This document shows, one piece after another, positions 37,380 through 49,900 of a stretch of 64,000 nucleotides of DNA; positions within the stretch are counted from its first letter, which is position 1, and each line of letters begins with the position of its first letter. The stretch comes from Macrostomum lignano (taxonomy: Eukaryota). The notes beneath the pieces were generated by a model that had not been told where the DNA came from, searched no databases, and saw only the letters and a list, made by a program, of their open reading frames with translations. The stretch is from contig NIVC01001499.1 of assembly GCA_002269645.1 (NCBI GenBank), forward strand, positions 248,001 through 312,000, written 5' to 3'. Made by a program: the position numbers and the translations under genes.

Positions 37380-37705
37380 GCAGGCGAAGACACTAACACA
37401 GGCAGATGGGCAGACATACATTAAGACAGGCTGGCAGACAGACAGACATGCAGGCAAACAGACAGAGACAAAAATTGAGGGGCAGACAAACGATTAGTCA
37501 GACTGACAGACATTAAGACAGGCAGACAGACCGGATATTAAGACATAAAGACAGGCAGGCAGACAGACAGACATTAAGACAGGCTGACAGACAGACAGAC
37601 ATTAAGACAGGCAGGCAGACAGACAGGTAGACAGCTGCAGACAGACAGACAGACATTAAGACAGGCTGGCAGACAGACAGACAGGTAGACACACAGACAG
37701 AAAAT
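37380..37705. repeat. (GACA/GGCA)n microsatellite-derived repeat
   Basis: CATTAAGACAGGCAGGCAGACAGACAGA blocks. Confidence 0.8.
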
Positions 37706-38269
37706 TTTAAGGTGAGAAACTGCAGTTTCAATTGCATTTCAGCAGAGATTGCGCAGCTTCTCTGTATTACAGTATATATTTGACAAGAAGAGGAAGCCCC
37801 TTGCCAGAAATTGCGTCACCCTCTGACTTCTGACGTTTTAAAACGGAAAGAGAAAGAGAAGCTCTGTGAAAAAAGTCGCTGAATTTTATTATACTATATA
37901 TAGCTGGCTAATTTTATTTTCAAAAAAATGGCAGTCAAGGAGCGGCCTATAGTAGCCATCAAGTATTTGAATGGCGATTCCGTTATTTCAATAGTTATAG
38001 CACGCACTGATGACCTTTCAGACGTGCGGCTCACGAATTATACAATGCGACATTGCCGCATGTGGGTACCGCACCGGATCCACTGGGGTTAGAATGAGAC
38101 TTGTCACCTGATAAGTGACTCGTAAATCCTCTTACCTAATCGAAAGTGAGAAAATTCTTTCATTGTTATAAATTGAGTCCGGTCGGGATTGACTTTGACT
38201 GATGCGTTTCACTATAGATTTTAGGAGCTGAAATTTACAGAACTGGAGTCTGGGGCCTAAAAAAGGGGC

Positions 38270-38850
38270 CTGTGGCGCCAAAAAAAGTGTCTGCCTGCGG
38301 CGCTAAAATGAGTGCCTGTGGCGCCAAAATGAGTGCCTGTGTGGTGCCAAAATGAGTGCCTGTGGCGCCAAAATGAGTGCCTGCGGCGCCAAAATGAGTG
38401 CCTGCGGCGCTAAAATGAGTGCCTGTGTGGTGCCAAAATGAGTGCCTGTGTGGTGCCAAAATGAGTGTCTGTGGCTCCAAAAAAGTGCCTGCCTGCGGCG
38501 CTAAAATGAGTGCCTGCGGCGCCAAAATGAGTGTCTGTGGCGCTAAAATGAGTGCCTGCGGCGCCAAAATGAGTGTCTGTGGCGCTAAAATGAGTGCCTG
38601 CGGCGCCAAAATGAGTGTCTGTGGCGCTAAAATGAGTGCCTGTGTGGTGCCAAAATGAGTGCATGCGGCGCCAAAATGAGTGCCTGCGGCGTCAAAATGA
38701 GTGTTTGTGGCGCCAAAATGAGTGCCTGTGTGGTGCCAAAATGAGTGCCTGCGGCGCCAAAATGAGTGTTTGTGGCGCCAAAATGAGTGCCTGTGTGGTG
38801 CCAAAATGAGTGCCTGTGGTGCCAAAATGAGTGCTCGCCGAAATGAGTGC
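38270..38850. repeat. 21-23 bp minisatellite (GGCGCCAAAATGAGTGCCTG[CG/TG/TGTG])n
   Basis: About 25 units. Confidence 0.93.
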
Positions 38851-39769
38851 CTGGAATTTTGCCATGTAGAATTCATAGCTTTGTAATCGTGACGCTCTGC
38901 CTTACACATGCTTATTAGAATAATAAAATCATAAATCCCAGATCCCAGATTTCCCAATTTTTCAATCCCACTCGTATGCATTTAGATTTGTATCACAGTG
39001 TTGGTTGGTATAAAAACTACCCAAGATCCACAGTTTATACTAATTGACCCCAACTGACCCAACATTATCGTCAGTGATAGTTATTATTATTTCAACAATA
39101 GACCAACCATCCCCACTTATTGGCAATCCGCGATGGCTGCGAACTCTGATGACAGGGTTTTTTCATCTCTACTAATCTGCACTAATAGCAACTAGAAAAG
39201 GCATCAATCAAATCACCTGCGACTATAACCCCATTCCTCAACTACTCTTGTGTGTCTCTCGCCTTGGCTCTCATGATTAGTGTCCTATAACACAACTGGT
39301 TTGAATGATTGACCTTGGGGGCAGCTTTGGCCAAAATAGATCAGCATCATCCGCGAGCTTCATCAGATTGGTAGGTGCACATTCGGCGAGATAGTAAAAG
39401 TGCAAGATGGAAGACATTGCTTTGGGTAGGTATTGGCAGTTGTTGGCACGTGTTACTAATGACCATTACAATGCGACCATTAGCAAACTTTTTTTGACAA
39501 CTCCGACCATAACTTAGCTATCAATTTCTCACTTTGACTCTCTGCTTCTATCCATTCTTTTTTCCATCCTATCCCCATTGCCATCTCATCCTAATTGTTG
39601 GCTCAGTCCTCCCAATGGTCCAGTAGTCCGCGTACTGGCACTTGACTTGTTAATGCGAGTTGTTCACCAATGATGCACTTTGTACTGTTCGTTTAATGTG
39701 AGAGGGCTGCAAAGGTTTGATGTTGCTGCTTGGAAGTAGCAAAATTCCCAGTTCCCTGCTCCTAGATTA

Positions 39770-41850
39770 TAGATCCCAGATGCCAGATCCCAGATCCTCC
39801 TAGATCCCAGATCCTAGATTCTGATTCCCAGATCCTCCTAGATCCCAGATCCTCCTAGATCCCAGATCCTCCTAGATCCCAGATCCTCCTAGATCCCAGA
39901 TCCTCCTAGATCCCAGATCCTCCTAGATCCCAGATCCTCCTAGATCCCAGATCCTCCTAGATCCCAGATCCTCCTAGATCCCAGATCCTAGATTCTGATT
40001 CCCAGATCCTCCTAGATCCCAGATCCTAGATTCTGATTCCCAGATCCTCCTAAATCCCAGATCCTCCTAGATCCTAGATCCTCCTAGATCCCAGATCCTC
40101 CTAGATCCCAGGTCCTACTAGATCCCAGATCCTCCTAGATCCCAGATCCTAGATTCTGATTCCCAGATCCTCCTAGATCCCAGATCCTACTAGATCCCAG
40201 ATCCTCCTAGATCCCAGATCCTACTAGATCCCAGATCCTCTTAGATCCCAGATCCTAGATTCTGATTCCCAGATACTCCTAGATCCCAGATCCTCCTAGA
40301 TCCCAGATCCTCCTAGATCCCAGGTCCTACTAGATCCCAGATTCTCCTATATCCCAGATCCTCCTACCCAGATCCTCCTAGATCCCAGATCTTCCTATAT
40401 ACCAGATCCTCCTACCCAGATCCTTCTAGATCCCAGATCCTACTAGATCCCAGATCCTCCTAGATCCCAGATCCTAGATTCTGATTCCCAGATCCTCCTA
40501 GATCCCAGATCCTCCTAGATCCCAGATGCTCCTAGATCCCGATCCTCCTAGATCCCAGATCCTAGATTCTGATTCCTAGATCCTCCTAGATCCCAGATCC
40601 TAGATTCTGATTCCCAGATCCTCCTACATGTAGATCCCAGATCCTAGACTCTGATTCCCAGATCCTCCTAGATCCCAGATCCTAGATTCTGATTCCCAGA
40701 TCCTCCTAGATCCCAGATCCTCCTAGATCCCAGATGCTCCTAGATCCCAGATCCTCCTAGATCCCAGATTCTAGATTCTGATTCCTAGATCCTCCTAGAT
40801 CCCAGATCCTAGATTCTGATTCCCAGATCCTCCTACATGTAGATCCCAGATCCTAGACTCTGATTCCCAGATCCTCCTAGATCCCAGATCCTAGATTCTG
40901 ATTCCCAGATCCTCCTACATGTAGATCCCAGATCCTAGACTCTGATTCCCAGATCCTCCTAGATCCCAGATCCTAGACTCTGATTCCCAGATCCTCCTAG
41001 ATCCCAGATCCTAGATTCTGATTCCCAGATCCTCCTAGATCCCAGATCCTAGATTCTGATTCCCAGATCCTCCTACATGTAGATCCCAGATCCTAGATTC
41101 TGATTCCTAGATCCTCCTAGATCCCAGATCCTAGATTCTGATTCCCAGATCCTCCTACATGTAGATCCCAGATCCTAGACTCTGATTCCCAGATCCTCCT
41201 AGATCCCAGATCCTAGATTCTGATTCCCAGATCCTCCTAGATCCCAGATCCTAGATTCTGATTCCCAGATCCTCCTACATGTAGATCCCAGATCCTAGAT
41301 TCTGATTCCTAGATCCTCCTAGATCCCAGATCCTAGATTCTGATTCCCAGATCCTCCTACATGTAGATCCCAGATCCTAGACTCTGATTCCCAGATCCTC
41401 CTAGATCCCAGATCCTAGACTCTGATTCCCAGATCCTCCTAGATCCCAGATCCTAGATTCTGATTCCCAGATCCTCCTAGATCCCAGATCCTAGATTCTG
41501 ATTCCCAGATCCTCCTACATGTAGATCCCAGATCCTAGATTCTGATTCCCAGATTCTCCTAGATCCCAGATCCTAGATTCTGATTCCCAGATCCTCCTAC
41601 ATGTAGATCCCAGATCCTAGATTCTGATTCCTAGATCCTCCTAGATCCCAGATCCTAGATTCTGATTCCCAGATCCTCCTACATGTAGATCCCAGATCCT
41701 AGACTCTGATTCCCAGATCCTCCTAGATCCCAGATCCTAGATTCTGATTCCCAGATCCTCCTACATGTAGATCCCAGATCCTAGACTCTGATTCCCAGAT
41801 CCTCCTAGATCCCAGATCCTTCTAGACCCAGATTCTTTTAGACCCTAGAC
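39770..41850. repeat. GATCCCAGATCCTCCTA (17-bp) family satellite, array 1, with higher-order variants
   Basis: 17-mer and 38-mer units; CATGTA-containing variants from 40625 onward. Confidence 0.95.
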
Positions 41851-42489
41851 TTAGGGTCTTTATTGTCTTTTTTCATATTAAAAAGTAAAATTGAGATTGA
41901 TTTTCAGTTGGCTTCTGAAAAACTCGGGTTATAACATTTTTAGTCGATATTTTTGTCTTTATAAAAACACAGTGACTCTTGCTACGGTGGTTTCTTAGGC
42001 GCATTGAATAGCAGGATAATTTGCATCTACCTAGACGGGCAGTAGATTGCTACTAAATTCTAACCTTATATTCAAGCGCTCTGACTTCGAAGGCAGCTAC
42101 AACCTCTCAATCAGAGGCGTATTGTGTGTGCCACTTGTCCCTAACAGGGAAGCAGCTATAGCCTTCACCTGTTGAGTGGATTGAGGCAAACAACTTCGCC
42201 CCGAAGCTAAATTTAAGTATCATATATAAAAGTCTGCGAGCGTATCTTCTAGAAGAACTGTCTGTTTCTTTCTTTTGAAGCTGTTTTGCTACCAATTTGG
42301 TGTACGCGTGTGTTTCGGACTTATATCCGGACCCAATGCTAAATGTTGGTCAGCATAGTCACCAAGTTTGGTTTTAATTTTCTGTTAAGTAACAGAAATG
42401 GACAGTTAATTAGTTACATATTGATTGGTTAAGTCTGCTTCCTCTTGTGCTGCTTGAATGGCATTAGAGACCGTTAGAAGTACAGAGGA

Positions 42490-43610
42490 GAAATGGAGAC
42501 AGAGAGGATTATAAAAAGGGAGAGATAAGAATAGAGGGAAGAGATGAGAGGAAATGGGGAGAGATGATGATAGAGAGGAGAGAGATGGGATTAGAGAGAC
42601 TCTGAGGGGATTAGAGAGGGAAGAGATGGGATTAGAGATGGGAGAGATGAGATAGGATTAGAAAGGAGAGAGATGGAAATAGAGAGAATTGTTAAGAAAA
42701 GAGAGGGGAAAGATGGAATTAGAGAGGGGAGAGATGAGATAGGATTAGAAAGGAGAGAGATGGAAATAGAGAGAATTGTTAAGAATAGAGAGGGGAAAGA
42801 TGGAATTAGAGAGGGGAGAGATGAGTTTAGAGAAGGTAGAGATGAGTTTAGAGGAGAGAGATGGGATTAGAGAGGGGAGAGATGAGTTTAGAGGAGAGAG
42901 ATGGGATTAGAGAGGGGAGAGATGAGTTTAGAGGAGAGAGATGGGATTAGAGAGGGGAGAGATGAGATAGGATTAGAAAGGAGAGAGATGGAAATAGAGA
43001 GAATTGTTAAGAATAGAGAGGGGAGAGATGGAATTAGAGAGGGGAGAGATGAGTTTAGAGAAGGGAGAGATGAGTTTAGAGGAGAGAGATGGGATTAGAG
43101 AGGGAAGAGATGAGTTTAGAGGAGAGAGATGGGATTAGAGAGGGGAGATATGAGTTTAGAGGAGAGAGATGGGATTAGAGAGGGGAGAGATGAGTTTAGA
43201 GAAGGGAGAGATGAGATTAGAGAGGGGAGAGATGAGTTTAGAGAAGGGAGAGATGAGTTTAGAGGAGAGAGATGAGATTAGAGAGGAGAGAGATGAGTTT
43301 AGAGGAGAGAGATGGGATTAGAGAGGGGAGAGATGAGTTTAGAGGGGAGAGATGGGATTAGAGAGGGGAGAGATGAGTTTAGAGAAGGGAGAAATGAGTT
43401 TAGAGGAGAGAGATGAGATTAGAGAGGGGAGAGATGAGTTTAGAGGAGAGAGATGGGATTAGAGAGGGGAGAGATGAGTTTAGAGGGGAGAGATGGGATT
43501 AGAGAGGGGAGAGATGAGTTTAGAGGTGAGAAGAGAGATGGCAATAGAGAGGGAAGATGGGTTTAGAGAGATGGGAGAGATGGGATTAGAGAGGAGAGAG
43601 TGGGAGCAGG
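42490..43610. repeat. GA-rich purine-strand repeat just upstream of the Ig gene
   Basis: GGGATTAGAGAGGGGAGAGATGAGTTTAGAGGAGAGAGAT-type units. Confidence 0.9.
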
Positions 43611-43904
43611 AGAGTCACTAGAATTTAAATGAGTGAATATTGCAGCAAGCGTCCATCAAATTCTTGCAACAGGGAATAAAAAAGGCGAAGTCGAACCCAA
43701 ATCGCTGAATTCTTTGCCCAACAGAGCAGCCAATGAAATCAGAGATGGGATTGGGATCGGCCATCCTCCAATCCTCAGTTGAGCTTCTGCAGTTTCTCCT
43801 AAGCCAACCCCCTATACAATGGCCGTCAGATCGACAAAATTTCAATCCTTCCAATTTTATCCCTGCAATACAACCTGCTGAAGAAACCGGTACCTACTAG
43901 GATA

Positions 43905-46900
43905 ATGCTATCATGTTTGGTATTTTCGCTTACCGTCGCCTCGGTAGCGTCGGTGGAAGCGTCAACTGAAAGATGTACCGAGGGTAGGCTGTGCGCGATC
44001 GAGTACCCGGAGAAAGAGTACCGAGTGCTGCAAGGCTCCACTGTGCTCATCCCGTGCCGAGTGGCTGCTCCGGATGCCAGCGGGCTGCTCAGCGTTTTCT
44101 GGAGAGTCAAAGGGTTCTTTCTGGACAGTGAGTTTGATCAGAAAGATTTTTGATTTGCTAATGTATAATTCTATATAGATCCTAAATCCCAGATCCTTGA
44201 TCCCAAATCCTAGATCCTAGATCCCAGATCCTAGATCCCAGATCCCAGATCCTAGATCCCAGATTATTGATCCCAGATCCTTGATCCCAGATCCTTGATC
44301 GCAGATCCTTGATCCCAGATCCTTGATCCCAGATCCTTGATCCTAGATCCTAGGTCTCAGATCCTAGATCCTAGGTCCCAGATCCTAGATCATAGATCCT
44401 AGATCCCAGATTCTCAATCCCAGATCCTAGATCCCAGATCCTAGGTCCCAGATCCTAGATCCCATATTCTCAATCCCAGATCCCAGAGCCTAAATTCTAG
44501 ATCCCAGATACTAGATTCTAGATCCCACATGCCAGATCCCAGATACCAGATCCCAGATCCCAGATCCTAGATTCCTGATTCTCTTAGATCCCAGATCATT
44601 CTTGGATCTTGTGTATAGATAGCATTTCCAGTCTCCGAGCCCAGATCCCATTTCCTTGTCCCAGCTATTCGTTAGCTCTCGCTAATGAGTTTCATTCATG
44701 CTCTCAACACTGAGATGTGTCTCAAACAAACTCGCCTAGGTGAAAAAGCAAATTTTGACCAATAAGTTGTATCCATATTCACCCTTAGGTAGTGGAGGGT
44801 TTTTTAACGACACAAGTTAGAGTTTCAGGAAGCAAAGTTGCAGAAATTTTGAGCAGAGAAAAGCTGAGATGAGATGTATAACCTGCTAATTAGATGATGC
44901 AATTACATGAGTTCGTGAGGTGTGTGCTGCTGTTTTTGCTTGCTAATACAATAGATGGATGATTTGCCTTTTGTGCCCTGAATGCTGCTTGTAAATCTGC
45001 TATTTTCCTTAGGGGAAAATTTTGCCGTTGGGCTATTGTTTAGCAGATTTTGTGCTTTGTGCCATGAAAGAGAAAGGGCTTGTCAACTTAAGCTCATAAA
45101 GTGGAGCCCGATTAACCTATCAATACAAATGATATTTCATTTTGTTCACAATGACACTAGGAAGCTGGGTTTGGCAAAAAAGTGAAAAATTGAACTTTGG
45201 ATAGATGAGAAAAACAAGAGGATAATTATAGACTCTACTTTATGAGCTCAAGTTAACATAATAGTACCTAATATATCCCTTGCTTGTTCTCCCAACTCTA
45301 ATTTTGGTCCCTTTCTTGCCAAACCCTGCTTTCTGCTGTCATTGTGAGCAGAATGACGTATCATTTGTGTACATAGGTTACTCGGGCTCCACTTTATGAG
45401 CTTAAGTTGACATGCCCTTTATAATTTTGAGCTTTTTGAATTTATGAGCTTGTGAAGTTTTCAATTTGTGATGTTGTAAGCTTGTGATGTTGTAAGCTTG
45501 TGACGTTGTAAGCTTGTGATGTTGTAAGCTTGTGATGTTGTAAGCTTGTGACGTTGTAAGCTTGTGATGTTGTAAGCTTGTGATGTTGTAAGCTTGTGAC
45601 GTTGTAAGCTTGTGATGTTGTAAGCTTGTGATGTTGTAAGCTTGTGATGTTGTAAGCTTGTGATGTTGTAAGCTTGTGACGTTGTAAGCTTGTGATGTAA
45701 GCTTGTGTTGTGCTGTAACTTTGTTTGTACAAAGTTTCGAGCTTGTGGAAGCGAGTCCAATATCTAAGACTCAGTTTATTAACCGGCACAGGTACCGTGG
45801 CAACGCTGTTCATATTTTAATCTAAGGTCGGTCTCCATCGCTAGGATGGCATCCCATTGTACGAATATATATGCATATATATACTCGTATATTCTTTCTA
45901 AGGCTCGGTATTCCGCCCCCTTCAATCTCATATATTGATTCCTTTCCGCTCTCCATGCTCGCCCATCTGAGAAGCCGCGGTCTCACACCATGCGTAAAAA
46001 TTGCCAAACTCAATATATTCATATAAAGGCCAGCAAGAATGGGGGTGTTTAATTAATTTCTTCCCTTATTATAGCCGCTCCGCTTGACCTGTATAAAGGC
46101 CCCACTCTCATCAGCTCAAGAAGTCCCAATTGTTGAAATAGCTCGAATTCTAGATTAATATCAACTATTGCTAATTTGTTTCTTCGCTTTCATTCTGCTT
46201 TTCCATTGTCTATGCAGTGGATTGTGGCAGAAAGAGAATGTCGAAAAACTTTCAAAAGTTAAAGATCCCAAATCCCAGATCCTCCTAGATCCCAGATCCT
46301 TCTAGATCCCGGATCCCCCTTGATCCCGGATCCCCCTTGATCCCGGATCCCCCTTGATCCCGGATCCCCCTTGATCCCAGATCCTCCTAGATCCCGGATC
46401 CTCCTAGATCCCGGATCCTCCTAGACCCCGGATCCTCCTAGACCCCGGATCCTCCTAGATCCCAGATCCTCCTAGATCCCGGATCCTCCTAGATCCCAGA
46501 TCCTCCTGGATCCCGGATCCTCCTAGATCCCAGATCCTCCTGGATCCCAGATCCTACTTAATCCCACCCAGATCTTTCTAGATCCCGGATCCTCCTAGAT
46601 CCTTATCCTCCTAAATTCCAGATCCTCTTAGATCCCGGATCCTTCTAGATCCCGGATCCTCCTAGATCCAAGATCCTACTTAATCCCAGATCCTTCTAGA
46701 TCCCGGATCCTCCTAGATCCTTATCCTCCTAAATTCCAGATCCTCTTAGATCCCGGATCCTCCTAGACCCTGGATCCTCCTAGATCCCGGATCCTCCTAG
46801 ACCCCGGATCCTCCTAGATCCCAGATCCTCCTGGATCTCAGATCCTCCTAGATCCCGGATCCTCCTAGATATCGGATCCTCCTAGATCCCGGGTCCTCCT

Positions 46901-49900
46901 AGATCCAAGATCCTACTTAATCCCAGATCCTTCTAGATCCCGGATCCTTCTAGATCCTTATCCTCCTAAATTCCAGATCCTCTTAGATTCCGGATCCTCC
47001 TAGACCCTGGATCCTCCTAGATCCCGGATCCTCCTAGATCCAAGATCCTACTTAATCCCAGATCCTTCTAGATCCCGGATCCTCCTAGATCCCGGATCCT
47101 CCTAGATCCCGGATCCTCCTAGATCCCGGATCCTCCTAGATCCCGGATCCTCCTAGATCCCAAATTCTCTTAGATCCCGGATCCTCCTAGATCCCAAATT
47201 CTCTTAGATCCCGGATCCTCCTAGATCCCAGAGTCTCCTAGGTCCCAGATCCTCCTAGATTCCAGATCCTCATAGATCCCAGATCCTTCTAGATCCCGGA
47301 ACCTCCTGGATGCAATATCCTCTTAGATCCCGAATCCTCCTAAATCCCGGATCCTCCTCCAATTAATTTTGGCAGAAAAGAACATTGAAAACTTTTTGAT
47401 CAGTTGAAGACTGGCAGACTGGGTTTGAATTTTTCTGATACACTGGCTTCCAACTTCTCTATTGCTACAATTTTCAATCAATAATCAGATTAGCCATTTC
47501 GTAACTGGCAATGAAACATTGATACATTGCTAAATTACATGTTGAAGTTGCGAAATCAGCTCTGTGTGGCAATTTTTAGTCATGAGGAAAATTTTTGTCT
47601 TTAAATAGGTGTGAAATGGATTAAATTATCTATCAGAACAGAATTTTGATCATGAATTTATTGATGAATTTATCATATGAATTTATCATAAATTGGGTTA
47701 TGAATTTGATCATAAACTGGGTTATGGCTTTGATCATAAACTGATTTATGACTTTGATCATAAACTGATTTATGAATTTGATCATTAACTGGGTTATGAC
47801 TTTGATCATAAACTGATTTATGACTTTGATCATAAACTGGGTTATGACTTTGATCATAAACTGGGTTATGACTTTGATTATAAACTGATTTATGACTTTG
47901 ATCATAAACTGGGTTATGACTTTGATCATAAACTGGGTTATGACTTTGATTATAAACTGATTTATGACTTTGATCATAAATTGATTTATGAATTTGATCA
48001 TAAACTGATTTATGACTTTGATCATAAACTGATTTATGACTTTGATCATAAACTGGGTTATGACTTTGATCATAAACTGGGTAATGACGTTGATCATAAA
48101 CTGGGTTATGACTTTGATCGTAATTTGGGTTATGACTTTGATCATAAACTGGGTAATGACGTTGATCATAAACTGGGTTATGACTTTGATCGTAATTTGG
48201 GTTATGACTTTGATCATAAACTGGGTAATGACGTTGATCATAAACTGGGTAATGACGTTGATCATAAACTGGGTTATGACTTTGATCGTAATTTGGGTTA
48301 TGACTTTGATCATAAACTGGGTTATGACTTTGATCATAAACTGGGTAATGACGTTGATCATAAACTGGGTTATGACGTTGATCATAAACTGGGTTATGAC
48401 TTTGATCATAAACTGGGTAATGACGTTGATCATAAACTGGGTTATGACGTTGATCATAAACTTGGTTATGACTTTGATCGTAATTTGGGTTATGACTTTG
48501 ATCATAAACTTGATTATGACGTTGATCATAATTTTGGTTATGAAGTTGATCATAAACTGGGTTATGACTTTGATCGTAATTTGGGTTATGACTTTAATCA
48601 TAAGCTGGGTCATGACTTTGATCATAATTGGGGTTATGACTTTGATCATAAACTGATTTATAACTTTGATCATAGTCTGAATCATTTCTTTGTTCATAAA
48701 CTGAATGATGACCTTGATCATAACATGAATTTGACAATAAAATGATAAAGACACCGCAGTCATCAATCATTTGACTCGTTCAAAGGTTATTTGGATGTAG
48801 CAACTGGCAGTCTTCAATACAAATATCAAACTGAAGATGCCAAAATGAGTACGGCAGTCATAAATTGGGGAGTTTTTATGCGGACAAGTCTGACTAGAAA
48901 AAGTTAGCTCAGCCGAAGAAGTAAATTTCTTTCATTTTTTTAAGAATTCTTTGCACCCAGAAGTTTTCCGGCAGAAGCCGCTCAGTCCCACAGGGCGCGG
49001 AGGCCGCATTTCTCAGACTGGTTTTGCCTCTGGCGCATGAAAATTTCTTAACTTTAACTCCATGTTGCCATTAACTTTTTGCTGTGTTTGGCCCGATGAT
49101 TGCGGTGCAAAATTGCCAGCCAAATTGCGTTCGAGCTGGGCTGCGGCTGACCCAGTTTAGGGGGTCCTCTGGGCGCTCACCGCCATCTCTGCCTTGCCCT
49201 ATTTGCTCTTCACTTCTTCAATTAGTCTGCACCCCAGCATACCTCTCCCTCTCTTCTTTCTGGCGCAGTTTCTACTTTCGCTTTTTCTTTATACTTCTCC
49301 CTTTTCTACTTTTCTAAATCTCTCTCTTCTTCTCTACATCTCTCTCTACTTCTCTAAATCTCCCTCTACTTCTCTAAATCTCTCTCTACTCTCTACTTTT
49401 ATCTACTTATCTACATCTCTCTCTACTTCTCTAAATCTCCCTCTACTTCTCTAAATCTCTCTCTACTCTCTACTTTTATCTACTTATCTACATCTCTCTC
49501 TACTTCTCTAAATCTCCCTCTACTTCTCTAAATCTCTCTCTACTCTCTACTTTTATCTACTTATCTACATCTCTCTCTACTTCTCTAAATCTCTCTCTTC
49601 TTCTCTACATCTCTCTCTACTCTCTACTTTTATCTACTTATCTACATCTCTCTCTACTTCTCTAAATCTCTCTCTTCTCTACATCTCTCCATTTCTCTAA
49701 ATCTCCCTCTACTTCTCTAAATCTCTCTCTACTTCTCTAAATCTCTCTCTTCTCTACATCTTTCCATTTCTTTAAATCTCCCTCTACTTCTCTAAATCTC
49801 TCTCTACTTCTCTAAATCTCTCTCTACTTCTCTAAATCTCTCTCTACTTCTCTAAATCTCCCTCTACTTCTCTAAATCTCTCTCTACTTATCTAAATCTC

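Noticed and set aside
39325-39375. Minus-strand CTGATGA-AGC...GCT hammerhead candidate
   Set aside because: Followed by GATC rather than the required GAAA.
42107-42295. 62-aa minus-strand ORF, considered as a retroelement fragment
   Set aside because: No RT, endonuclease or integrase motif was recognisable.
47633-48766. 200-377 aa ORFs with 8-aa repeats
   Set aside because: 24-bp intronic minisatellite; open in several frames on both strands.
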